Part shown: one piece after another, positions 30,424-39,114 of the stretch
Layout of the letters: each line of letters starts with the position of its first letter
Position numbering within the stretch: the stretch's first letter is position 1
Assembly (NCBI GenBank): GCA_965248265.1
Contig: CBDFJF010000001.1
Coordinates: 2,368,001 to 2,432,000, forward strand
Source of the DNA: Candidatus Latescibacterota bacterium
GTDB lineage: Bacteria > Latescibacterota > UBA2968 > UBA8231
Direction of reading: 5' to 3'
DNA length: 64,000 nt
Program-made: the position numbers and the translations under genes
Notes under the pieces: model-generated
The model's database searches: none
What the model saw: the letters and a program-made list of their open reading frames with translations, nothing else
Told to the model about the DNA's origin: nothing

Positions 30424-30747
30424 GAGTGTCTCAGTTGTGAGTTCTCTCAACCTCCGGGATCCCCCGTCGCTGCGGGCCTCATTTCGGGCTTATGGCTTAC
30501 CGAGTTAATCTTCATCGCCCGTGGCGCGTTCGCGGCGCTTTGGGCATTAAGCCCCATCCGATTTGCCGTCATCTGCTCAAAATCACACCGGCCGCACCAG
30601 CTCATACGCGGACCGGTCTGCCTGGCAGAGACATCGGATTGTTTGACGTTGTCTATCCTCATCGCTTTTACGGGTTTTCGCCGTCGGTTTAGAGGTTGCA
30701 TCAATTCATCTGGCGGAAGCGATCGATGTTCGCTATCGCTCACCAGC
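30424..30747 (-). ncRNA. Candidate structured non-coding RNA or long regulatory leader, family not recognised
   Basis: Four or more hand-identified stem domains lying between a TTGACA element (30777-30772) and the terminators. Confidence 0.45.
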
Positions 30748-30884
30748 TAACTAACCGGCCGCACCTAACAATGTCAAGAGGTAAAATGAGCATCCATCCA
30801 TTTCTTTTCAATTTTCGCTTCTCTCCTATATTAACAGCCGGTTATGACTCCATGCAGCGCTACCAGTGATTATTGCCATGAACT

Positions 30885-31697
30885 ATGACTGAGGTCCAGC
30901 CCAAAACCGAGACGACTCGCACCCGGGTCGACATCGAGGCCGCCAACAAGCGTCTCGAAACCCTGATCCAGGAGACGGACTTCGAGGTGATGTCTCCTCA
31001 GGACCTCCTGAGCTGGGTTGGTGAAACCTTCGAGCCCTCTCATGCCGTCGTCAGCACCAGCTTTCAGTATTCCGGCATGGCAACCGTTCACATGCTGCAC
31101 GAACTGGGGTTGCATCTGCGTGTAGCCACCGTCGACACCTTCCGGCTGCATCCCGAAACCTACGCCTTCATTCGGGAAGTCGAACAGCGCTACGGAATCG
31201 AGATCGAGGTGCATCGTCCTGACGCCGCTGAAGTGGAAAGCATGATCCAGCGTTTTGGCGAATACCTGTTTTTCGATTCCAAGGCCAAACAGGAGTACTG
31301 CTGCCAGGTCCGCAAAACACGCCCCCACGACCGCTTGCTTACCACTGCCGACTGCTGGATTACCGGCCTTCGAAGGGACCAGTCTCCCGCGCGCGCGCAG
31401 ACGCCCAAGGCGATGACGGTCTCAGAGTACGGCAGCCGCCGCCAAATCATGAAGCTCAATCCGCTGGCTGATTGGACGGAGAAGCAGCTGCTCGAATACA
31501 CCGAAGCCAACAAGATTCCCGTGAATGGACTCTACGCTCAGGGGTATGAGAGTATCGGTTGCATGATTTGCTCAACCCCCACATCCGCTGGTGAGCCCCC
31601 GCGCGCGGGCCGCTGGCGCTGGTTCAACAACGATGAAGAGATGAGCCAAGAGGACCTCAAAGAGTGCGGTCTGCACGTGCCGATGTACCAGATCTGA
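30885..31697 (+). CDS. cysH: Adenylyl-/phosphoadenylyl-sulfate reductase (Fe-S APS reductase type)
   Basis: DTFRLHPETY, CCQVRK, WITGLRRDQS, YESIGCMICS, RAGRW, ECGLH. Confidence 0.92.
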   Translation: MTEVQPKTETTRTRVDIEAANKRLETLIQETDFEVMSPQDLLSWVGETFEPSHAVVSTSFQYSGMATVHMLHELGLHLRVATVDTFRLHPETYAFIREVEQRYGIEIEVHRPDAAEVESMIQRFGEYLFFDSKAKQEYCCQVRKTRPHDRLLTTADCWITGLRRDQSPARAQTPKAMTVSEYGSRRQIMKLNPLADWTEKQLLEYTEANKIPVNGLYAQGYESIGCMICSTPTSAGEPPRAGRWRWFNNDEEMSQEDLKECGLHVPMYQI

Positions 31698-31740
31698 GCC
31701 GACTCGTCTACGACTGAGCGTCCCACAGCTGCGAGATCAC

Positions 31741-32511
31741 ATGTCCTCTCCACCTCCTCACCGACTCGACCGCGAGGCCGAGTTTCACAATCAAGCGTTC
31801 ACGGAGAACACGCGGGCGTCAGCTGGCCGATTCTACTCCATCACCGATGCCAGCCAACAGCTCTACTATACGCTGATCTCGAAGGATCCGGCGAGCAACC
31901 ATGCGCTGGAATACGGCTGCGGTCGGGGGGGTTACTGTTTTGAACTCGCCCGCCGGGGCCTGTTCGTGGATGCCATCGACATATCCCCGGCCGGAGTTGA
32001 GATGGCCGCACAGAAGGCTCAAGAGGATGAACTGAGCGAGCGCCTGAGATTCCAGATCATGAATGCCGAGGACATGACCTTTCCGGACGATCATTTCGAC
32101 GTCGTCTTCGGCAAGAGCATCCTGCACCACCTGGATCTGGTCCGGGGCCTGCGGGAAATAGCCAGAGTGCTCAAGGTTGGGGGTCGAGCTGTGTTTTTCG
32201 AACCCCTCGGACACAATGTTTTGATCAATATCTATCGCAGACTGACTCCGCGGATGCGGACGGAGGACGAACGGCCCTTACGGGTCGAAGACCTCACCGC
32301 GTTCGGCGAGTTTTTCTCCGAGATCAAGATCCATCACTTCCACCTGCTCGCATTGCTTGCGATCCCGTTCTGGAATATCCCGGGACTGTTTGGCGTCCTG
32401 GTGTCGTTTCTCGACAGGACCGACCGCCTGCTGTTCAAACTGCTTCCGTTTCTGCGAAAACAAGCCTGGATCGTCGTCGTCGAACTGACGGGACCTCGAC
32501 CGTCTGATTGA
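31741..32511 (+). CDS. Class I SAM-dependent methyltransferase
   Basis: LEYGCGRG, IDIS, FDVV...ILHH, RVLKVGG. Confidence 0.88.
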   Translation: MSSPPPHRLDREAEFHNQAFTENTRASAGRFYSITDASQQLYYTLISKDPASNHALEYGCGRGGYCFELARRGLFVDAIDISPAGVEMAAQKAQEDELSERLRFQIMNAEDMTFPDDHFDVVFGKSILHHLDLVRGLREIARVLKVGGRAVFFEPLGHNVLINIYRRLTPRMRTEDERPLRVEDLTAFGEFFSEIKIHHFHLLALLAIPFWNIPGLFGVLVSFLDRTDRLLFKLLPFLRKQAWIVVVELTGPRPSD

Positions 32512-32525
32512 CCGCTGCCTGGCCT

Positions 32526-33893
32526 TCAATCAGCGGACACCAGCTCCGTAAAGGCGATCCCGCGAGCGACGTAGTTGTCGAACAGGCCGAAACTCGCGCA
32601 GGCGGGGGACAGTAGGACCACATCGCCGCGGCGAGCCCGTTGTCTGACGGCGGCAACGGCGCTTTCCATGGCTCCAACGGCCACGATTTCACCGGAAAAA
32701 CTCCCTGTCTTGCCCATTTCAGCCGCGAGTCGCTCGCCTTCCTCGCCTATCAGGACGAGCACCCTGACCGAACTCGAGGCAATCTCGCGCGCCAGGTCTC
32801 CGAAATCTGCTCCCTTCGATGCCCCTCCAGCGATGAGTAGAACTGGAGCGCTGAAGGAACGGATGGCGGCGATCGCCGCATCGGGCATGGTGGCAGCAGA
32901 ATCGTCGTAGAACTCGACGCCCTGAATCTGTGCAACCTTTTGCAGTCGATGTGGAAGCCCTTCGAACTCACTCAGGGCGCTGGCGATGGCGTCGGCCTGG
33001 CCCCCCCCGGCCGCCCGGGCGGCGGTGACAGCGGCGACGGCGTTGGTGAGGTTGTGCGGCCCGTGCAGCCTGATGGCACTGAGCTCACAAACCTTCTCGC
33101 GATGACCACCGGGAGGGCGGTGCCATATGGCCTCATCCTCCACCCACGAGCCAGCCTCTACCTCGGTCTCGATGCTGAACGACAGACGCTGAGACGAACT
33201 GCCGGCGGCGAACGCGGCCACCTCGCAACTGTCCGCATTGACTATCAGGCAGTTATCTCGGTGTTGATGACGGTGGATGGATGCCTTCGCCTCGACGTAT
33301 TCGCTCCGACTCTCATGGTAGTCGAGATGATCGGTGAGCAGGTTGAGGACGACAGCGATGGACGGACTGAACGGTAGATCTTGCAGCTGGAAACTCGAGA
33401 GTTCGAGAACGGCCAGATCCAGTGGCGTCAACCCACCGAGAAACTCGATCGGAGGGCGACCTATGTTGCCACCGAGTTCGACACGCCCGTACGGGCTGTG
33501 ACCTCCCAGCATCAACGCTATCAGGCTGGCGGTGGTGCCTTTTCCCTTGGTGCCTGTGATCCCCAGGATGGGCGCCGGGCATCGATCGAAAAACAGCGCG
33601 GTCTGACTGCTGACCTCTACACCGGATCGCCTTGCGGCCTGCAGCTTCGGATGCAGCGCAGGCAGTCCCGGTGTCCGGAAGACGAGATCGAAATCCTCCA
33701 GTCCGTCCAGGTATCCTGGCCCGAGCCGCCATTCGTCGATCGCTGGACCCAATTCCTCCACCGCATCAATTTCACGCTCGTCGCATATCGAGAACGACAG
33801 ACCGGCCGCTCTGAGATAGGCAGCCAGGGCCCGGTGCTCGAGCCCCAGACCGAGCAAGGCCAGGCGTTTGTTGTCGAGGTCAATGGTACCCAT
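32526..33893 (-). CDS. murD: UDP-N-acetylmuramoyl-L-alanine--D-glutamate ligase
   Basis: GITGTKGKGTT, GGNIG, LELSSFQL, DHLDYH, LPHRLQ, LLSPACASF. Confidence 0.95.
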   Translation of the reverse strand: MGTIDLDNKRLALLGLGLEHRALAAYLRAAGLSFSICDEREIDAVEELGPAIDEWRLGPGYLDGLEDFDLVFRTPGLPALHPKLQAARRSGVEVSSQTALFFDRCPAPILGITGTKGKGTTASLIALMLGGHSPYGRVELGGNIGRPPIEFLGGLTPLDLAVLELSSFQLQDLPFSPSIAVVLNLLTDHLDYHESRSEYVEAKASIHRHQHRDNCLIVNADSCEVAAFAAGSSSQRLSFSIETEVEAGSWVEDEAIWHRPPGGHREKVCELSAIRLHGPHNLTNAVAAVTAARAAGGGQADAIASALSEFEGLPHRLQKVAQIQGVEFYDDSAATMPDAAIAAIRSFSAPVLLIAGGASKGADFGDLAREIASSSVRVLVLIGEEGERLAAEMGKTGSFSGEIVAVGAMESAVAAVRQRARRGDVVLLSPACASFGLFDNYVARGIAFTELVSAD

Positions 33894-34067
33894 TACCAAT
33901 CAGCCGGTTGGGTTATGCTATATCCCGCCCCGGTTTGCGACTCACCGCGGCAAGAGGTATAATTGCCGAAGTACTCCCCCTTTCCCCGACATCCTCTCCG
34001 TCCATGTCCGAGAAATAGGTCTCGACCCGAATCAGATCAAGCTGGAAAGCGAGGTCTCGCTGCGCCC

Positions 34068-35021
34068 GTGAAGTTGATCGTGCAAATCCCTTGTCTGAAC
34101 GAAGAGGAAACCCTGCCGGCGACGCTGGCAGACATCCCGCGCCAGATCGACGGTATAGATGCGGTTGAAGTTCTCGTCATCGATGACGGATCGACCGACC
34201 GCACCGCCGCCGTGGCCCGCGAGCACGGCGCCGACCACATCGTACAGTTCCCACAAAACCGCGGCCTGGGATTCGCCTTCAAGACCGGTTTCGACACCTG
34301 CCTGAAGTTGGGAGCTGATATCATCGTCAACACCGATGGCGACAATCAGTACTTCGGGGGTGACATCGCCGTACTGGTCCAACCGATCGTCGCTGGCAAA
34401 GCCGACCTGGTGATTGGCAACCGGCAGACCGGCGCCATCGGCCACTTCTCGCCCATGAAGCGTTTCCTCCAGGCCTTCGGCAGTCGCATGATCAGTCGCC
34501 TGGCCAGGATCGAGGTCCCCGACGTAGCCAGTGGGTTCCGCGCCTTCAGCCGGGAGGCAGCCCTGCACATGACCTCCTTTACCGGCTTCGATCACACGGC
34601 CGAACACGTCGTGGAGGCCGGTCAGGACAAGCGCGCCGTAGTCAACGTGCCCATCCGCACGAATCCGAAGGCGCGCGAATCGCGTCTGTTCTCCAACATC
34701 GGCGAGTTCGTGCTCAAATCCGGTTCGATCAGCCTGCGCACCTACGCTCGCTACAAGGCGTTAAAGATTTTCGCCTTCTGCGGCGCCTTTTCTTTTGTTC
34801 TTGGTTTCCTGATCGGATTAAGATTCTGCTACTATTTCTTCGTCGTCGGTGCGGCCGATGAGTACGTCCAGTCCCTGATCCTGGCCGCCATTCTGTTGCT
34901 GGCCGGGTTCCAGATGTTCCTCACCGGCATCATCGCCGACCTCATCGCTACCAACCGCGTCATGCTGGAAGACGCTCTCGCCCGCGTCAAAAAAATCGAG
35001 CTCTCCCGTCACGACGACTGA
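34068..35021 (+). CDS. Glycosyltransferase family 2 (DPM1-like) with C-terminal TM helices
   Basis: IPCLNEE, IDDGSTD, NTDGDNQY, SGFRAFSR; GTG start at 34068. Confidence 0.9.
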   Translation: MKLIVQIPCLNEEETLPATLADIPRQIDGIDAVEVLVIDDGSTDRTAAVAREHGADHIVQFPQNRGLGFAFKTGFDTCLKLGADIIVNTDGDNQYFGGDIAVLVQPIVAGKADLVIGNRQTGAIGHFSPMKRFLQAFGSRMISRLARIEVPDVASGFRAFSREAALHMTSFTGFDHTAEHVVEAGQDKRAVVNVPIRTNPKARESRLFSNIGEFVLKSGSISLRTYARYKALKIFAFCGAFSFVLGFLIGLRFCYYFFVVGAADEYVQSLILAAILLLAGFQMFLTGIIADLIATNRVMLEDALARVKKIELSRHDD

Positions 35022-36001
35022 CCCCCGACGCCCAGTTCAGCCTGCGTCCGCAGGACAACGGGGGGCAGGCTCCACAGTGAGACCACCACGCCGGATTCCG
35101 CCGGATGCCGTAGACGAATCCGCGCCGAGTGCAGGTGAAAGCCGCCATCGCCGGGCAATGGTGGAGGCTCCTGATTCGTGAGTGGCCGGGGTTGGCCTCC
35201 GGATGCATACAACGATTCACCAACCAACGGGTGGCCGACGGCTGCCAGATGAATGCGGATCTGGTGCGGGCGGCCGGTGGGGATCCGCACCTCCACCAGG
35301 GACTCGTCCTCATCCGCATCGTACTCCAACACACGGACCTCCGAGCGGGATATCTTGCGATCACTCGCTGAGGCATCCACGGCGGCGAAAACTCGCCCGA
35401 GAGGCGGATAAGGCACCCGGCCTATGGGAGCATCAATCGCAAGCTCATCGGCGCACAGCCTGCCATTGACGAGTGCCCGGTAGGTTTTCTCCACATCCCC
35501 GCTGGCGAAGTCACCGGATACCTGCCGCCGGGCGATCTCCGATTTCGCGAAGGCAATCAATCCGGACGTACCGCGTCCCAGGCGGTGTAACGGCGCCACG
35601 GTCTCACCATGGTCAGCGCGCAGCATCCACAACAGTGTATGCTCCAGAAAATTACCGCCGGGGAGTACGGGTAGTCCGGCTGGTTTGTCGACGACGAGCA
35701 GATCTTCATCTTCGAGAACCACGGCGACCCGGGTAGGCACCTCAGCCTCCGACCAGGGAGGCCGGTGGTAGGCCAGCGTCCGACCCTCCGTCAGTACTTT
35801 TTCTGGGTTGTCTGCAACTTGAGCATCGACGCGGATCTGGCCTGCGGTGATACGTTGCGCCCATTCTGCCCGCGTAGAATGGGTGTAGCGCGTTGCGTAA
35901 AAGTCCAGCAGCGAAGAGCCGGCTCCGTCAGATTCGACCCGGTCTCGGTATATCCAACCCTGATTCAATGCCCTCTCAATCACCTCTTTCCTGTCTTCCA
36001 T
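35009..36001 (-). CDS. RluA/RluD family RNA pseudouridine synthase
   Basis: VVDKPAGL, HRLGRGTSG, TGRPHQIRIHLA. Confidence 0.88.
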   Translation of the reverse strand: MEDRKEVIERALNQGWIYRDRVESDGAGSSLLDFYATRYTHSTRAEWAQRITAGQIRVDAQVADNPEKVLTEGRTLAYHRPPWSEAEVPTRVAVVLEDEDLLVVDKPAGLPVLPGGNFLEHTLLWMLRADHGETVAPLHRLGRGTSGLIAFAKSEIARRQVSGDFASGDVEKTYRALVNGRLCADELAIDAPIGRVPYPPLGRVFAAVDASASDRKISRSEVRVLEYDADEDESLVEVRIPTGRPHQIRIHLAAVGHPLVGESLYASGGQPRPLTNQEPPPLPGDGGFHLHSARIRLRHPAESGVVVSLWSLPPVVLRTQAELGVGGQSS

Positions 36002-36042
36002 TGACCTTGTGCCTTGCGGAGACTGCATTTTATTCGTAAATA

Positions 36043-36056
36043 GTAATAATTATTAC
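36043..36056. promoter_or_regulatory. Perfect AT-rich palindrome GTAATAATTATTAC upstream of argC (possible operator)
   Basis: 14-bp perfect inverted repeat in the AT-rich divergent intergenic region. Confidence 0.4.
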
Positions 36057-36082
36057 ATCCAACCAAGCCGAGGTTCACCGAC

Positions 36083-37063
36083 GTGGCCAAACCCAAAATC
36101 TACATAGACGGACAGGAAGGCTCTACCGGACTCCGCATTCGCCAGTTGCTCGATGCGCGTGATGATATCGAGTTGATGCTCATTCCCGACGCCCAACGCA
36201 AGGATCGACAGGCCCGTGCTGACTTCCTCAACGCGTCGGACGTGGCCATCCTGTGCTTACCCGATCAAGCCGCCGGTGAAGCTGTTCAGGAACTGCTCAC
36301 CGACGGCAACACCCGTGTCATCGACACCAGTTCGGTGCGGCGCACCCACGCGGATTGGACCTACGGACTGCCGGAACTGTCCTCCGTGCAACGCCAGGCG
36401 ATCCGTCAATCTCGAAGAGTGGCCAACCCGGGATGCTACCCGGTCGGCTTCATCCTCGCCGTGCGCCCGTTGATCGAGGCAGGTCTGCTGGATCCTGCAA
36501 CCCAGCTGACCATCAATGCTGTGTCGGGATACTCGGGTGGCGGCCGCAAAATGATAGAGTCCTACAATAGCGCTCCAGCGGCCGAGCACACAGGCGACGC
36601 TGGAGTGCCGCTCGCCCTGTACGGGCTGACCGGTCATCACAAGCACGTGCCCGAAATGCAGCTGTTCAGCCTCACCGAGAAGTCGCCCCTGTTCATCCCG
36701 TCCGTCGATCACCGTTATTGTGGCATGCTCACCAGTACTCCGATTCCGGCACAGCGCTTCGCGGTCGCGGATGTCACCCCGCAGCGGGTGTGGGGTACCT
36801 GGCATGAGCGCTATGGCGACGAGCCATTCGTGCGGGCAGTGGCCCCCGACGAGGCGGGGCAGTTGCTTCGCGGCGGCAGCTTTCTCGACCTGGATGGAGC
36901 CAATTTCAGTAACAGAATAGACCTGTTCGCCTTTGGTGAGGCATCGACGGGAATCGTGTTGATTGGCCGGCAGGACAACCTCGGCAAGGGTGCCTCAGGC
37001 AATGCGGTGCAATGCTTGAACCTCATGCTAGGATTGGATGAGCGCACCGGCCTGTCCGCGTGA
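36083..37063 (+). CDS. argC: N-acetyl-gamma-glutamyl-phosphate reductase (type 2)
   Basis: IDGQEGSTGL, VANPGCY, VSGYSGGG, HKHVPEM, DNLGKGASGNAVQ. Confidence 0.93.
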   Translation: MAKPKIYIDGQEGSTGLRIRQLLDARDDIELMLIPDAQRKDRQARADFLNASDVAILCLPDQAAGEAVQELLTDGNTRVIDTSSVRRTHADWTYGLPELSSVQRQAIRQSRRVANPGCYPVGFILAVRPLIEAGLLDPATQLTINAVSGYSGGGRKMIESYNSAPAAEHTGDAGVPLALYGLTGHHKHVPEMQLFSLTEKSPLFIPSVDHRYCGMLTSTPIPAQRFAVADVTPQRVWGTWHERYGDEPFVRAVAPDEAGQLLRGGSFLDLDGANFSNRIDLFAFGEASTGIVLIGRQDNLGKGASGNAVQCLNLMLGLDERTGLSA

Positions 37064-37073
37064 TGATGCACGG

Positions 37074-37832
37074 ATGCTGACCGACAGCCACTGCCATCTC
37101 GATGAATTTGACGACGCGGCTGCTACTCTGGATACAGCCGCGGCCGCCGGTGTCAGCGCCGTTGTTGCAGCGGCGCAGGACCTGGCGTCCATGGAGAAGG
37201 TCGTGGAGTTGAAAACGCGGTTTCCACAGACCGTGAAAGCGGCTCTCGGCCTCCACCCCATCCGCGTGATCGAACACACCGGCGAGCAGATCGACGCGGC
37301 ACTGGAGTTTCTGGCGGCTCGACTGCCGGAGGCCGATGAACTGGGGGAAGTCGGGCTCGACTACAAGTGGGCTGACACCGCTGAGCGCCAACACCTCCAA
37401 CAGGAACTCCTCGACCGCCAGCTGGAAATAGCTCATCGATGCGGCAAACCAGCCTGCTTCCACTCGCGGCGCAGCCAGCGGCAGGTGATGGAGCGGGCTG
37501 TTGCCTACCACCGCGAAACCGGCCTGAATGCTCAATTACATTGGTTCACTCAATCAAGAAAACTGGTCGGTATTTGTAACGAAGAGGGTATCTACGTCTC
37601 GGTAGGACCCACCATCCTCAGTGACGACCAGGCCGGGCAAGTAGCGCAGACGGTGGCTGACAACCTCCTGCTGCTGGAAACCGACGCCCCGGTAGCGGTC
37701 GGGGGGATTCCGGGAACTCCGGCTCGAGCGCGAGCGGTCGCGGAGAAACTCTCCGACCTCAGAGACGTCTCTCTTGAGACGATCTCCGAACAAACACAAC
37801 GCAACCTCGACAGCTTTCTGAAAGGCGATTGA
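37074..37832 (+). CDS. TatD family hydrolase
   Basis: DSHCHLD, GLHP, GEVGLD, HSR, LLETDAP. Confidence 0.9.
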   Translation: MLTDSHCHLDEFDDAAATLDTAAAAGVSAVVAAAQDLASMEKVVELKTRFPQTVKAALGLHPIRVIEHTGEQIDAALEFLAARLPEADELGEVGLDYKWADTAERQHLQQELLDRQLEIAHRCGKPACFHSRRSQRQVMERAVAYHRETGLNAQLHWFTQSRKLVGICNEEGIYVSVGPTILSDDQAGQVAQTVADNLLLLETDAPVAVGGIPGTPARARAVAEKLSDLRDVSLETISEQTQRNLDSFLKGD

Positions 37833-38063
37833 GCCAATCGCGAACCGCCTTGGCGCTCCCATTTCTTGACAGATATGAGTCCTGCAGTTATTCTCACACC
37901 TCATCGCTAAGTCGATATCTCTCAACCAATAAAGTCCTATTTGCGCTACCCTTACTTCTCCGTTTGCGGACGAAACCGCGCGCTTGTTGTCCCTCGCGCT
38001 TAAGCCTGTTTCCATCACCATCCCTCGGCCTTGACTGATCCAACGAAATATCACATTGCCTAA

Positions 38064-39068
38064 ATGAAGACGATTCTAGTTACCGGCGGGTGCGGTTTCA
38101 TCGGCAGCAACTTCGTCCGTCATGTGATGACCTGTTACGAGGACTACCGCGTCGTCAACCTGGACAAGCTCACCTACGCCGGGAATCCCGCCAACCTGGC
38201 AGACCTTGCTGAGGACCCTCGCTACCGCTTCGTCCACGGCGATATCTGTGACCAGAAAACCGTCGACCCGCTGGTCCGGGAGAGTGACTTCGTCGTCAAC
38301 TTCGCCGCCGAGAGCCATGTAGACCGCAGCATCATGGGCGGTGCCGAGTTCGTCCAGACAGACGTGTACGGCACCTATGTCTTGCTGGAATGTGCCCGGC
38401 TTCATGAAGTAGAGCGTTTTCTTCAGATCAGTACGGACGAGGTCTACGGCAGTGTCGAAGAGGGAGCGTGGACGGAGTCGAGCCCGCTGGAACCACGCAA
38501 CCCGTATTCAGCCAGCAAGGCCAGCGCCGAACTACTGGTGCGCGCCTACCACATTACGCACGATCTGCCAACCCTGATCACGCGAGCCTCGAACAACATC
38601 GGACCGTTCCAGTACCCGGAAAAGCGAGTTCCGTTGTACATCGCCAATGCCATCGACGACGAGTCCTTGCCGGTGTACGGCGACGGCATGCAGGTGCGTG
38701 ATCACCTGCTCGTCAACGATCACTGCTCCGCCATCGATCTTGTTCTGCATGGTGGAGTCATCGGCGAGGTGTACAACATCGGCGGTGAGAATGATGCCAC
38801 CGGCATCGACGTAGCCCGCGCCATCCTGCAACGGCTCGGCAAGCCGGAGAGCCTGATCCAGTTCGTCAAGGATCGCGCCGGTCACGATCAACGATACGCC
38901 CTGGATTCGAGCAAGGTCGGCGCCCTGGGGTGGGCTCCCGAACACGATTTCGAGGCCGCCATGAATCAGACCATAGACTGGTACGTGGCCAATGAGGGGT
39001 GGTGGAGACAGATTAAGGCGAGTGAAGAGTATCGACAATACTACGAACGCCAGTACAAGAACCGCTGA
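38064..39068 (+). CDS. rfbB: dTDP-glucose 4,6-dehydratase
   Basis: TGGCGFIGSNF, DKLTYAG, AAESHVDRS, STDEVYG, YSASK, DRAGHDQRY. Confidence 0.95.
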   Translation: MKTILVTGGCGFIGSNFVRHVMTCYEDYRVVNLDKLTYAGNPANLADLAEDPRYRFVHGDICDQKTVDPLVRESDFVVNFAAESHVDRSIMGGAEFVQTDVYGTYVLLECARLHEVERFLQISTDEVYGSVEEGAWTESSPLEPRNPYSASKASAELLVRAYHITHDLPTLITRASNNIGPFQYPEKRVPLYIANAIDDESLPVYGDGMQVRDHLLVNDHCSAIDLVLHGGVIGEVYNIGGENDATGIDVARAILQRLGKPESLIQFVKDRAGHDQRYALDSSKVGALGWAPEHDFEAAMNQTIDWYVANEGWWRQIKASEEYRQYYERQYKNR

Positions 39069-39114
39069 ATACACGATTGATCAACCCTGAGTATTGCTCC
39101 ATGGGAGAAACCGT

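Noticed and set aside
30447-30743. 98-aa ORF as a confident CDS
   Set aside because: No SD, no recognisable domain and atypical composition; kept only as an alternative to the ncRNA reading.
30424-30747. tmRNA, c-di-GMP-I or c-di-AMP riboswitch identity for the structured region
   Set aside because: There are no tRNA-like ends or tag ORF. GGCAAA lacks the c-di-GMP P2 context. The c-di-AMP-like words (ACGGGGGA, TAACTCGGTAAGC) are in the wrong order.
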